Positions 20,274-29,670 of a stretch of DNA of 55,551 nt are shown piece by piece. Where the stretch lies: contig JANNJO010000045.1 in assembly GCA_031395755.1 (NCBI GenBank), positions 1 to 55,551 on the forward strand. Direction: 5' to 3'. A program made the position numbers and the translations under genes. The notes under the pieces were generated by a model that was given only the letters and a program-made list of their open reading frames with translations, had not been told where the DNA came from and ran no database searches. Position 1 is the stretch's first letter. Each line of letters opens with the position of its first letter. Source of the DNA: Acidobacteriota bacterium. GTDB taxonomy: Bacteria; Acidobacteriota; Vicinamibacteria; Vicinamibacterales; JAMQPK01.

Positions 20274-20474
20274 GTGATCAGCCAGCGTCTGTTCGTGCAC
20301 GATATGAAAAACATGCTCGGCATCATCATCGGTTACAGCCATCTGCTCCTGGACGCGATCCCTCACGAGGATCCCAGGCGGCACGATGTCGACGAGATAC
20401 TCCGGGCCGGTGAAAGCGCGCTGGCGCTGCTCGACCGCTTCAACACCGTGTCGCCCGGCGAAGAGCTCGCGTGA
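20274..20474 (+). CDS. Small stand-alone HisKA(DHp)-like protein
   Basis: RBS GAGG; H-box-like VHDMKNMLGIIIGYSHLL and second helix DVDEILRAGESALALLDRF; no ATPase domain. Confidence 0.72.
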   Translation: MISQRLFVHDMKNMLGIIIGYSHLLLDAIPHEDPRRHDVDEILRAGESALALLDRFNTVSPGEELA

Positions 20475-20538
20475 TGTCGGCGTGTGCGGTGTGCCACGGC
20501 CGGCCTGTGCGATCCGTGCCTCTAGCGCACACCTTTTC

Positions 20539-20620
20539 ATGTTCTAAAATAGAACATATTATGTAAATAGTTGATAATAAATGGCTTAGTCATTTCTCAA
20601 AATATGGCATCTACTCCGCA
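20539..20620 (+). promoter_or_regulatory. Candidate sigma54 promoter with IHF site and upstream palindromic enhancer
   Basis: ATGTTCTA-AAA-TAGAACAT 20539-20557; WATCAANNNNTTR match on the minus strand 20564-20576; TGGCATCTACTCCGCA (GG-N10-GC) 20605-20620. Confidence 0.6.
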
Positions 20621-20673
20621 GTATGAAGGGCGTCCGGTGCATTACGCGCCAACCTTTATTCAGGAGTTTTGCT

Positions 20674-21150
20674 GTGAGATTCAACCATATCGTGACCGCC
20701 GTTGTATTCGCCGGGGTGAGCGTTTCCGCCCCCACAGCTCAGGCTGCGGAACAAGTCGAGGCGCGGATCGTCGATCTTAAAGCCATCGTCCTGACACCGG
20801 CGCCGACCGTGGCCGTCGTCCAGCCGAAAGTCGCCCGCCCCGTCATGCTCCCGGTGCTCTACGCGACGCTCGGTGCGACGCAGGCGTGGGACGTCTACAG
20901 CACGCGGAGCGCCCTCAGGGCGGGCGCGCGCGAGGCAAACCCCGCGACCGCAGTCTTTTCGAGCAACAGCGGAGCGTTGATGGGAATGAAAGTCGCGACG
21001 ACGGCGGGCACGATCTTGTTCGCCGAGCGGATGTGGAAGAAAAACAGGGTCGCCGCGATTGTCATGCTGGCCGCGATCAATGGCGCGACGGCCGCCGTGT
21101 CGATGCACAACATGCGCAACGCGAACACTGCCCGTAGAGCGGGACTCTAG
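20674..21150 (+). CDS. Exported/membrane hypothetical protein (DUF5658-like)
   Basis: RBS AGGAG then GTG 20674; signal peptide ending AQA; D-x-x-ST...G-x-x-EANP pattern and hydrophobic helices. Confidence 0.65.
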   Translation: MRFNHIVTAVVFAGVSVSAPTAQAAEQVEARIVDLKAIVLTPAPTVAVVQPKVARPVMLPVLYATLGATQAWDVYSTRSALRAGAREANPATAVFSSNSGALMGMKVATTAGTILFAERMWKKNRVAAIVMLAAINGATAAVSMHNMRNANTARRAGL

Positions 21151-21155
21151 TCCCG

Positions 21156-23288
21156 CTAGTACGCGGTAACGGTCTCGATGGCCTTCAGGATGTCGTCGGT
21201 CTGCGGCAGGATTACTTCTTCGAGCTCAGGCGCGTAAGCCACCGGCGTGTCCATGGCGCCGACGCGCGTGACGGGCGCATCCAGGTGCTCGAACAGGTGC
21301 TCGGAAATGCGCGCGGCGATCTCGGCGCCGAAACCGCACGTCAGCTGATCTTCGTGCGCCACGATCACGCGGTTCGTGCGCTTGACCGCCTCGGCGATGG
21401 TATCGAAGTCGTACGGCGCGATCGTCCGCAAGTCGATGACGCCCACACTGAGGCCTGATTTCTCTGCCATCTGTGCGGCGACCAGCGATCGCTGAACCAC
21501 CGCTCCCCACGTCACCACCACCACGTCAGTGCCAACGCGCCGCTCGGCGGCCTTCGCGAACGGAATCATGTAGTCGGATCCCTGGTAGGCCGACTTGTTG
21601 TACGTCTGGCGGTACAGGTGTTTGTGCTCCAGGAACATCACCGGGTCGTCGCACCGAATGGCGGTGCGCAGAAGGCCCGAGGCATCGGCCGCCGTGGATG
21701 GAAACGCGATTCGCAGTCCCGGGCAGTGCGCAAAGATGCTCTCGCCCGATTGGCTATGGTAGACGCCCCCGCCCCGCAGGTACCCACCGATGGCGACGCG
21801 AATCACAATGGGCGCCTTGAAGGTGTTCGCCGAGCGGTAGCGCAGCATCGAGAGCTCGTCGCGAATCTGCATCATGGCGGGCCAGATGTAGTCGAAGAAC
21901 TGGATTTCGACGACCGGCTTCATACCGCGCACGGCCATCCCGATTGCCCGTCCGATGATGTTGGCTTCAGCGAGCGGCGCATTGAAGACGCGGTTGTTGC
22001 CGAACTTCCGCTGCAGGCCCTGAGTCGCTTTGAAGACTCCGCCTTTGCCGGGAACTTTATCGATGATGTCGCACTTGCTCGCGTCGGCGACGTCCTGGCC
22101 GAAGACCACCATGAGGTGATTTCGGTCCATCTCGTCGTGCAGGGTGCGATTGATCGACGCCACCATGGTTTCGGGGTTACCCTGCGGCGACGGGGGAGTG
22201 TCGAACGCCTTCGATGTCGGATCGACGTCAGGCGAGTACACGTAAAGCCCGGCGGATTCCGGCGTGGGCCGCGGCGCCTTGAGCGCGCGGTCGGCCGCGT
22301 CGGCAACTTCGGCTTCGACCTCGCGGCGGATGTCCTCGAGCGCCTTCTCGGTGGCCAGCCCGTCAGACAGAAGGAGCTTCGTCAACTGCACGATGGGATC
22401 GCGCCCCGCCTCGCCCTCGCGTTCCTCGACGGTCTTGTAGTTGCGCTCGTCGTCTGAATGCGAGTGCGAGTACGGCCGAATGACTTTCGCGTGCACCAGC
22501 GCAGGACCTTTACGCGCGCGCGCGTACGCCACGGCTTCGCGGATCGCGCGATAACTCTGGACGAGGTCGGTGCCATCGACGCGGATCACTTCAAGGTTGG
22601 GGAACGATTCAACCAGCCGCGAGATGTCCCCGCCCGCGGTGTGATACTCCGCCGGGCACGAAATCGCGTACCCGTTGTCCTCGACGACGCAGACGACGGG
22701 AAGGCGTTCGGTGCAGATCGTGTTCATGAACTCCCAGAATTCCCCCTCGCCGGTGGCGCCGTCTCCAATCGAGACGTAGGTCACTTCGTCTGCCTCGACC
22801 TGAGGCGGAGGGGCGCCCATCAAGGGCAGACGCTTCGCCGCCTCGGCGCTTCCGGCGCCCTGCAGGCACTGCATGCCCGTCGCGCTCGAGCGATTCATGA
22901 TGTGCAGCGACGGTTTGCTCCAGTGCGACGGCATCATGCGGCCGCCCGAAGACGGGTCATCCGAGGAGCCGACGGCTGCCAGCAGCATCTCGTACGCGGA
23001 GATGCCGAGCATGAGGGTCAGCGCGCGATCGCGATAGTAGGGAAAGAACCAGTCGTAGCCTGGCTTCAGCGACAGGCCGGCAGCCACGAGAATCGCCTCA
23101 TGACCGGCGCCGCTGATTTGAAAGAAGATTCGGCTTTGATTCTTGAGTTGGATTTCTTTGTCGTCGAGCCGTCTCGACAACACCATCCAGCGATAGGCGC
23201 TCAGCAGGTCGTCGCGGGTAAGGCCTTCGTAGGAGCGCGGCGCCCTGGCGTGGGTCTTGTGTCCGTTGGTCACCGTCGAAGCCTTCAT
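21156..23288 (-). CDS. 2-oxoacid (branched-chain-type) dehydrogenase E1, alpha/beta fusion
   Basis: [17 protein letters not shown] motif GDGATGEG...EDN, HSHSD, beta part [15 protein letters not shown]. Confidence 0.93.
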   Translation of the reverse strand: MKASTVTNGHKTHARAPRSYEGLTRDDLLSAYRWMVLSRRLDDKEIQLKNQSRIFFQISGAGHEAILVAAGLSLKPGYDWFFPYYRDRALTLMLGISAYEMLLAAVGSSDDPSSGGRMMPSHWSKPSLHIMNRSSATGMQCLQGAGSAEAAKRLPLMGAPPPQVEADEVTYVSIGDGATGEGEFWEFMNTICTERLPVVCVVEDNGYAISCPAEYHTAGGDISRLVESFPNLEVIRVDGTDLVQSYRAIREAVAYARARKGPALVHAKVIRPYSHSHSDDERNYKTVEEREGEAGRDPIVQLTKLLLSDGLATEKALEDIRREVEAEVADAADRALKAPRPTPESAGLYVYSPDVDPTSKAFDTPPSPQGNPETMVASINRTLHDEMDRNHLMVVFGQDVADASKCDIIDKVPGKGGVFKATQGLQRKFGNNRVFNAPLAEANIIGRAIGMAVRGMKPVVEIQFFDYIWPAMMQIRDELSMLRYRSANTFKAPIVIRVAIGGYLRGGGVYHSQSGESIFAHCPGLRIAFPSTAADASGLLRTAIRCDDPVMFLEHKHLYRQTYNKSAYQGSDYMIPFAKAAERRVGTDVVVVTWGAVVQRSLVAAQMAEKSGLSVGVIDLRTIAPYDFDTIAEAVKRTNRVIVAHEDQLTCGFGAEIAARISEHLFEHLDAPVTRVGAMDTPVAYAPELEEVILPQTDDILKAIETVTAY

Positions 23289-23308
23289 TCACGCTCCCCG
23301 AACAGCAA

Positions 23309-23336
23309 ATTATACATCGGTACCGGGTGGTATAAT
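23309..23336. promoter_or_regulatory. Back-to-back -10 elements (divergent promoters)
   Basis: TATAAT on the minus strand at 23309-23314 and TGGTATAAT on the plus strand at 23328-23336. Confidence 0.6.
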
Positions 23337-23383
23337 CGGCTTCCAGGGCCGCAGACGCAAGCGGTAAAACCTCAGAAAACACC

Positions 23384-23719
23384 TTGCACGCTTATCGTCT
23401 GTTTCGGTGGGACGAAATCGCTCTCGAGAAAGTCACCGAGATGGTGTCCCGGAAGTTCGTGTCTGGCGAACGGGAGACGATGGCCCAGATTTACCTGAAG
23501 CGCGGCGCCATCGTGCCGCAGCATGCGCACGACAGCGAGCAGATGACCTACGTCCTTCAGGGCGTGCTGAAGCTGCTGGTCGCGGGCGACGAAGTGACCC
23601 TGCGGGAGGGTGAAGTGCTCCACATCAGGCCCGGCGTGGCGCATCAGGTCGAAGCGCTCGACGATACGTTCGTGCTGGGGGTCTTCAGCCCCGTCAGACG
23701 GGACTGGCTGGAGAAATAA
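23384..23719 (+). CDS. Cupin domain protein
   Basis: HAHDSEQMTYVLQG and PGVAHQV cupin motifs. Confidence 0.88.
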   Translation: MHAYRLFRWDEIALEKVTEMVSRKFVSGERETMAQIYLKRGAIVPQHAHDSEQMTYVLQGVLKLLVAGDEVTLREGEVLHIRPGVAHQVEALDDTFVLGVFSPVRRDWLEK

Positions 23720-23743
23720 CGCCGGGGCCTTCAAGGAGGACGC

Positions 23744-24304
23744 GTGGGCTGGTTGGTGCTCGGCATACTCGGCCTGATGATCGTCTGGGCCATCGCGCTG
23801 TACAACGGGCTCATCGGGCTTCGCAATCAGGTGCTGAACGGCTGGCGTCAGATTGACGTGCAGCTCAAGCGCCGCCACGATCTGATCCCCAACCTCGTGA
23901 ATACCGTTCGCGGCGCCATGGAGTTCGAGCGCGACACGCTGACGCAGGTCATGGAAGCCCGGGCGCGCGCCGTGTCGGCAACCGGCCCGGCCGACGCGGC
24001 GAACAAGGAGGGAGAGCTCTCTCAGGCCCTCGGCCGGCTGTTCGCCATCGCGGAGAACTATCCCACGCTGAAGGCGAACGACAACGTCCGGATGCTGCAG
24101 GAAGAGCTGACGTCGACGGAAAACAAAGTCGGCTTCGCGCGCCAGTTCTACAATGACATCTCCACGAAGTTCAACACCGCGCAACAGACCTTTCCGTCGA
24201 ACATGCTGGCATCGATGCTCGGCTTCAAGCCTGCCGAGCTCTTCGAGCTGACCGATCCCGCCGAGCGGCAGGTGCCCACCGTGGATCTCTCGATGAGGAA
24301 GTAG
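23744..24304 (+). CDS. lemA: LemA family protein
   Basis: N-terminal TM helix, IDVQLKRRHDLIPNLV, ENYPTLKA, RQFYN; RBS AAGGAGG. Confidence 0.95.
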   Translation: MGWLVLGILGLMIVWAIALYNGLIGLRNQVLNGWRQIDVQLKRRHDLIPNLVNTVRGAMEFERDTLTQVMEARARAVSATGPADAANKEGELSQALGRLFAIAENYPTLKANDNVRMLQEELTSTENKVGFARQFYNDISTKFNTAQQTFPSNMLASMLGFKPAELFELTDPAERQVPTVDLSMRK

Positions 24305-24306
24305 GT

Positions 24307-25293
24307 CTGGCGGGGAATCTTTTCGAGCAGCAGGCGTCGAACCGCCGGAGGACATGGGCGGTCATGTTGGGCTTCGTTGCGTTTCTGCTGTTTCTCGGCT
24401 ACGGTTTCGATCGGTTCTATCTGGGCGACGGGGACGTGTTCTTTCCCGTCGGCACGATCGCGGCGCTCGGTGTCGGCACCGTCTCCGCGCTGTCCAGCTA
24501 TTACGCCGGTGATCGTGCGGTGCTGCTGTCCACGGGCGCCGTGCCGCTCGACAGGGCGCTGTCAGCGGCGGCCGCAGAGGACGAGGCGCTGACAATCCGC
24601 CAGCTCGATAACGTCGTCGAGGAAATGAGCATCGCGGCCGGCTTGCCGAAGCCTAAAGTGTTCATCGTGCCGGACCCCGATCCCAACGCCTTCGCCACCG
24701 GCCGCGATCCCGAACACGCGTCGATTGCGGTGACGCAGGGCCTGCTGAGCGTGGTCAATCGCGATGAGCTGCAGGCGGTCGTCGCACATGAGCTGAGCCA
24801 CGTGCGCAATCTCGATATTCGATTGATGACCGTGATCGCGGCAATGGTGGGCGCCATCGCGCTGCTGGCGGATTGGACTGGCCGCGGTATGCGAAGCGGC
24901 ATCGGCGGTGGCAGCAGCCGGCGCGGACGCAAGGGCAAAGACGGCGGCGGAGCGGCGCTCCTGCTGGTCGTATGGGTCGTCGCCATGCTGCTGGCGCCGA
25001 TCATCGGGCAAGCGCTGGCCATGATGGTATCGCGGCGCCGCGAGTTTCTGGCCGATGCGACGGGAGCCGAACTGACGCGAAATCCTCTCGCGCTCGCGAG
25101 CGCCCTGGAGAAGATCGAACAGGCGCACGCGCCGACGGTCTCGGTGAAGCGGGGAACGGCGCATTTGTGCATTGCGGATCCCCTCGGCCGGGCCATCGGC
25201 CTTCGGCAGGGTTGGCTGCCTGATCTGCTGGCGTCGCACCCGCCGATGGCCGGCCGTGTTGCCGCACTCCGTCAGATGGCATTTCAGGCGTAA
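24307..25293 (+). CDS. htpX: M48 zinc metalloprotease HtpX-like (start CTG 24307 or ATG 24364)
   Basis: PNAFATG, AHELSH, SRRREFLAD, SHPP; in-frame upstream extension NLFEQQASNRRRT. Confidence 0.9.
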   Translation: MAGNLFEQQASNRRRTWAVMLGFVAFLLFLGYGFDRFYLGDGDVFFPVGTIAALGVGTVSALSSYYAGDRAVLLSTGAVPLDRALSAAAAEDEALTIRQLDNVVEEMSIAAGLPKPKVFIVPDPDPNAFATGRDPEHASIAVTQGLLSVVNRDELQAVVAHELSHVRNLDIRLMTVIAAMVGAIALLADWTGRGMRSGIGGGSSRRGRKGKDGGGAALLLVVWVVAMLLAPIIGQALAMMVSRRREFLADATGAELTRNPLALASALEKIEQAHAPTVSVKRGTAHLCIADPLGRAIGLRQGWLPDLLASHPPMAGRVAALRQMAFQA

Positions 25294-25752
25294 ATGCCCG
25301 CCGCACCCGGGCAAAGGTCCGGCGGAGGAAAGGGCCAGGCCGCCGGCCTGGTCATCATCCGAATCTGTGCGGGCATCTTCATGGTGTTCTTCGGCTTCGA
25401 GAAGGCGTCGTGGGTGCTCGACTCAACGCCGCTAGCGACGCTGCTCTCGTTCTGGCTTACGGATGCGCCGCCCGTCAGCCGTTGGTTCCTCGAGCGCATG
25501 ATGCCGGGCGCACCGGTGTTCGCACGGCTGCTGCCCGTCGGCACGATGCTCGGCGGCGCCGCGCTCGTGCTGGGGTTCTGGACCAGGATGGCGGCCGCGC
25601 TTTCGCTGTTGATGGTGCTGAGCCTTCAGCTCGCCGCCGGTTCGATGTTCAGGTATGCGTATGTGACTGATGCGAGCGGTTTACCGCTGGTGGGGGCTCT
25701 GCTGGGCCTGATGCTCGGTGGAGGCGCCTTGCCGATGAGCGCCCGCAGGTAA
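25294..25752 (+). CDS. DoxX-family membrane protein
   Basis: RICAG..FFGFEK, LGFWTRMAA, four hydrophobic segments. Confidence 0.75.
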   Translation: MPAAPGQRSGGGKGQAAGLVIIRICAGIFMVFFGFEKASWVLDSTPLATLLSFWLTDAPPVSRWFLERMMPGAPVFARLLPVGTMLGGAALVLGFWTRMAAALSLLMVLSLQLAAGSMFRYAYVTDASGLPLVGALLGLMLGGGALPMSARR

Positions 25753-26496
25753 CTAATGGACGTGCTTGTCCCAGTCCTTCTTCCCGCCTGAGTGGACGCC
25801 GAACCTCTTCCGCGCGCGATCCATCTTCCACCGGAGATATCGGTAGCGTACTTCGTTCGCCGGGCTGAAGCGCCGGCCTCGGAGAAGCAGATAGCCGCCC
25901 ACCAGACCGCCCAAGTGCGTGACGTGGGCGATGCCGCCGCCGTTGTCGCTCGCCGACATAAACAGCGCAATCGCGCCGAGAATCATCACGAAGTACTTCG
26001 CGGGAATCGGGAAGACGAAGTACATCAGGATCGGCCGGTTCGGGAACGACAGCCCGTAGGCGAGCAGCAATCCATAGATCGCGCCGGACGCGCCGATCGT
26101 GGTGGTGAAGAACGTGCGGGCGGCGAAGGGCAGCGTCGATGAGACGAGAGTCGTCGAAATCGCCGCCGCGATGCCGACGACGAAATAGTACCGAAGGAAC
26201 GCGCGGGTGCCCCACATCCGCTCGAGCTCTGTCCCGAACATCCACAGCGCGAGCATGTTGAAGAGAATGTGACCAATGTTGCCGTGAAGAAACATGTAGG
26301 TCACGAGCTGCCACACACGTCCCTCGAGCACGTCAGAGGGTCGCAGTCCAAACACTCGTATCAGATCAGGAAGGAGATATCCCGCGAGAAAGAGCACAAC
26401 ATTGGTCGCGATGAGCGCTTTCAGTGCCGGGGAGAGCGGACCAGGCCCGAACGAAAAAGACGAGTGCGACTGGTCGCGCGAGGGGAAACGGCGCAT
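25753..26496 (-). CDS. Rhomboid intramembrane serine protease
   Basis: WQLVTYMFLH, HILFNM, GASG, HLGG. Confidence 0.93.
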   Translation of the reverse strand: MRRFPSRDQSHSSFSFGPGPLSPALKALIATNVVLFLAGYLLPDLIRVFGLRPSDVLEGRVWQLVTYMFLHGNIGHILFNMLALWMFGTELERMWGTRAFLRYYFVVGIAAAISTTLVSSTLPFAARTFFTTTIGASGAIYGLLLAYGLSFPNRPILMYFVFPIPAKYFVMILGAIALFMSASDNGGGIAHVTHLGGLVGGYLLLRGRRFSPANEVRYRYLRWKMDRARKRFGVHSGGKKDWDKHVH

Positions 26497-26515
26497 CCCG
26501 TCGAATCTACCACGA

Positions 26516-28078
26516 TCAGCGGCTCGTCGAGAGGCGCTGTCTCAGCGTCTGGAACTCCTCGATGCGAAGGACGTGGGCCGCCAGGCCGAGCACGGCCACG
26601 CCCGCGCCAATCGCGCCGAACACCCGAAGCGCCTGGAGCGTCACGGCAGTGCCTTCCAGCGGGATGCGCAACAGGCGTTCGACGGAATAGGCGGTGACGG
26701 CCATGGCCATCGACGCCACGGATATCTTCATGACAGCCGTCACAAGCCGTCGTCCCTCGAGCCCGCTGAGCCGCGCGCGCAACATCCAGAGCAACAGACC
26801 TGCGTTGAGCAGCGCGGCGATTGCGGTCCCCAGTGCGAGCCCGCGATGACCGAGAACGCGAACCAGCATCAGGTTCAACGCGATGTTGCATCCGACGCTC
26901 GCGGCGCTCGCGAAGACGGGGGCCCGGCTGTTGCCCATCGCGTAGAACACCGGCGACACGAGCTTGACCACCGAGTATCCGACGAGACCGGGCGCGTAGC
27001 AGGCGAGCGCCGCCGCAGTCGCTGCCGTATCTGCGGGCATGAATCTGCCGCGCTCGAATATCAGCGCGACGATCGGCGTCGCCAGGACGACGAGGCCGAC
27101 GGTGGCGGGGATGTTCAACATCAGCATCATGCGCAGGCCGCTCGAGACGCCGCGGCGGACACCGCGGTCGTCGTTGCTGGCGGCATGACCGGAAATGCCT
27201 GGCAGCGCCGCTGTCGCAATCGAGACGCCGAAGAGCCCGATCGGCATGTACATCAGGCGGAATGCGTAGTCGAGCCATGACACCGCGCCAGTTCCCAGGC
27301 CGGTGGCGAGCCAGGTGTTCACGAAAAGATTGATCTGTACTGCGGCGAGGCCGGCGATGCCGGGAACCATCAGGCGGCCGATTTCCCTCAGCCACGGATC
27401 GCCGAGATCGAGGACGGGCTGATAGCGGAACCCATCACGCCGGGCCGCCGGCCATTGCAGCGCAATCTGGCCCAGCCCGCCCGCAAGGGTGCCGACGGCG
27501 ACGGCGACAATGGGCTCGATGCCGAGCCGCGGCGACAAGGGCACAACGATCACCGCGCACAGAATCGTCGCCACGTTGAACATCGCGGGCGACAGCGCCG
27601 GAATAAAGAAGCGGTGCATCGCATTCAGCATCGCCATCAGGACCGCGGCGACGGTCACCATGGAGAGGAACGGAAACATGATGCGCGTGAGCCGGACCGT
27701 CAGATCCAGTTTGCCCGGCACCTCGGCGAAGCCGGCCGCGTACATCTCCACGAGCGGCTCTGCGAACACCATCCCCGCGACCACGATGAGGCCCGAGATG
27801 ATCAGAAGAAGGTTGATGACGTTGGCCCCCAGGCGACAGGCGCGTTCTTTGCCGCCGTGTGCCAGAGCGCGGGTGAACGTCGGTACGAGCGAGGCGCTCA
27901 TCGCCCCTTCGGCAAACAGATCGCGCAGCACGTTCGGGAGTCGGAATGCGATGCGGAAGGCGTCCATCGCATCCCCGGCACCGAAGAAATAGGCGAGCAC
28001 CTGATCGCGAACGAGCCCGAGCACCCGGCTGGTCATCGTCGCGACCCCGATGATGCCGGCCGATCTGGCCAGGCTCAT
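26516..28078 (-). CDS. murJ: Lipid II flippase MurJ (MviN)
   Basis: SRVLGLVRD, AFRLPNVLRDLFAEGA, many TM segments. Confidence 0.95.
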   Translation of the reverse strand: MSLARSAGIIGVATMTSRVLGLVRDQVLAYFFGAGDAMDAFRIAFRLPNVLRDLFAEGAMSASLVPTFTRALAHGGKERACRLGANVINLLLIISGLIVVAGMVFAEPLVEMYAAGFAEVPGKLDLTVRLTRIMFPFLSMVTVAAVLMAMLNAMHRFFIPALSPAMFNVATILCAVIVVPLSPRLGIEPIVAVAVGTLAGGLGQIALQWPAARRDGFRYQPVLDLGDPWLREIGRLMVPGIAGLAAVQINLFVNTWLATGLGTGAVSWLDYAFRLMYMPIGLFGVSIATAALPGISGHAASNDDRGVRRGVSSGLRMMLMLNIPATVGLVVLATPIVALIFERGRFMPADTAATAAALACYAPGLVGYSVVKLVSPVFYAMGNSRAPVFASAASVGCNIALNLMLVRVLGHRGLALGTAIAALLNAGLLLWMLRARLSGLEGRRLVTAVMKISVASMAMAVTAYSVERLLRIPLEGTAVTLQALRVFGAIGAGVAVLGLAAHVLRIEEFQTLRQRLSTSR

Positions 28079-28524
28079 CCCACGAGCTTGCGCTTGACCA
28101 ACTCGTTCACCAACTTGCCGTCCACCGTTTTGCCTGCGAGCTCAGCCATGACCGCTTTCATGACCTTCCCCATGTCCTTCGCCGAAGAAGACCCTGTGGA
28201 GGCGATGGCGTCGTCGACGGCTCTCTCGAGGGCGGCGGCGTCGATCGCGGCAGGCAGATAGGTCTCGAGAACCACGATCTCTGCCGTTTCCTTGTCCGCC
28301 AGATCCTGGCGTCCACCCTTGACGAACTGCTCGATGGAATCGCGGCGTTGCTTGACGAGCGACGACACGACTTGTCGCGACTCGTTCTCGTCGAGCGGGC
28401 GGCCCCGCTCGATTTCCTTGTTCATCAACGCGGCCTTCAGCATGCGGAGCGCCACGAGCCGCTGCGCCTCCCTGGCCTTCATGGCCTCGGTGATCGCGCG
28501 ATTCACATCTTCGACAAGTGCCAT
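28075..28524 (-). CDS. GatB/YqeY domain protein
   Basis: AMKA...LRMLKAA, KQRRDSIEQF, YLP, KDMGKVM. Confidence 0.93.
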   Translation of the reverse strand: MALVEDVNRAITEAMKAREAQRLVALRMLKAALMNKEIERGRPLDENESRQVVSSLVKQRRDSIEQFVKGGRQDLADKETAEIVVLETYLPAAIDAAALERAVDDAIASTGSSSAKDMGKVMKAVMAELAGKTVDGKLVNELVKRKLVG

Positions 28525-28527
28525 CGG

Positions 28528-29589
28528 TCAGTCCCAGTCTCGAATGCCGACGTCCTGATCCGAATCACCAAGCGTGATGTGCCAGTCGTCGGTGTCCTTG
28601 TAAAACTTCGCGGGAACCGTCACGGCGTTGATTTTGGCCGCGAGCGACAGCGGACGCCTCATCTGGAAGTACCCCGAGTGCCGCATGATTCGACGGAATC
28701 CCAGATGCGCCGCGTAGCAGCGGATCTTGTCGGAGCCCGCCTGGCGTGCTTCCGCGTCGACCCAGCGAAGCAGCGTCTTGAAACCGATGTCGTCGTGCGT
28801 GTCGGCAAGAAAGTCGACGAGCAGCGTGACGCGGCCCCGAGGCTCCTGGGCGTGGCGGTAGACGGCGTAGCCTTCCGGGCGCCCGTCGCGCTTCAGCGCG
28901 GCGATGCAGTAGCGCACGTGCGGCGGCTCGACGTACTTCCAGTTCAAGTACGCGGCATCCCGGCGGACCGCCAGCTCGAATCGATCCGCCAGACGCTCCC
29001 ACAGCTCGGTGAACGACGGGTCGAACCGGCGGAGGGGCTCGACGTCGGCTCGAAGGGGCCGCACGCGTGCCGCGACACGGACGATCGGCAGCGTCACGGC
29101 CGAGACGAATCGATTCAGCGCCATCGGCCATTGAGGCAGGCGCACCGCGCGCCGTGTCAGCGGTTTTACGAGGCCTGGGATCGCGGGCAAGTCCGGGAAG
29201 TGCATCTTCTTCAGCAGGCGTGAAGAGGCCTCTCCCAATCCCAGGCCGAGCGAGGCGCCGACGCTGCGATCCCAGGTTCTGAACAGCTCTTCACCGAGGC
29301 CGCGCCGCTGCCGCTCGGGCGCGACCATCGCGTCGGTCCCCCACGCCGCGGGAATTTCTTTTCCGCCAAGCGACAGCCGTACGGGCATCGTCGCGTAGTG
29401 ACCGATGATCGTCGGTCCTTCTCGCACGACCCACAGCAGGGGAGCGCCGCCTGGATTGTTCGGGTTGCGGCGGTACTGCCAATCCCAGCGCAGGCGGCTG
29501 GCGGCGGCCGCATCGGTGCCGAACACGCGGCGATAGAGCGCCTCTATGCCGCGCTGGTCCTCCGGCTGGTAGCGATCAATCTCTGGCAT
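28528..29589 (-). CDS. GNAT-family acetyltransferase (two-domain)
   Basis: DAMVAPERQRRGLG motif A; RDAAYLNWKY; probable start MPEIDRY. Confidence 0.8.
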   Translation of the reverse strand: MPEIDRYQPEDQRGIEALYRRVFGTDAAAASRLRWDWQYRRNPNNPGGAPLLWVVREGPTIIGHYATMPVRLSLGGKEIPAAWGTDAMVAPERQRRGLGEELFRTWDRSVGASLGLGLGEASSRLLKKMHFPDLPAIPGLVKPLTRRAVRLPQWPMALNRFVSAVTLPIVRVAARVRPLRADVEPLRRFDPSFTELWERLADRFELAVRRDAAYLNWKYVEPPHVRYCIAALKRDGRPEGYAVYRHAQEPRGRVTLLVDFLADTHDDIGFKTLLRWVDAEARQAGSDKIRCYAAHLGFRRIMRHSGYFQMRRPLSLAAKINAVTVPAKFYKDTDDWHITLGDSDQDVGIRDWD

Positions 29590-29670
29590 GTGGTGAGCGT
29601 GCCTCGCCGAAAGCATGGGAGCGACAACCAGCGAAGGCGGGCGGGTTGATTGTATCGCGACGCGTGAAAC

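Noticed and set aside
20539-20557. LexA box
   Set aside because: GTTC-N7-GAAC matches neither GAAC-N4-GTTC nor the GTTC-N7-GTTC direct repeat
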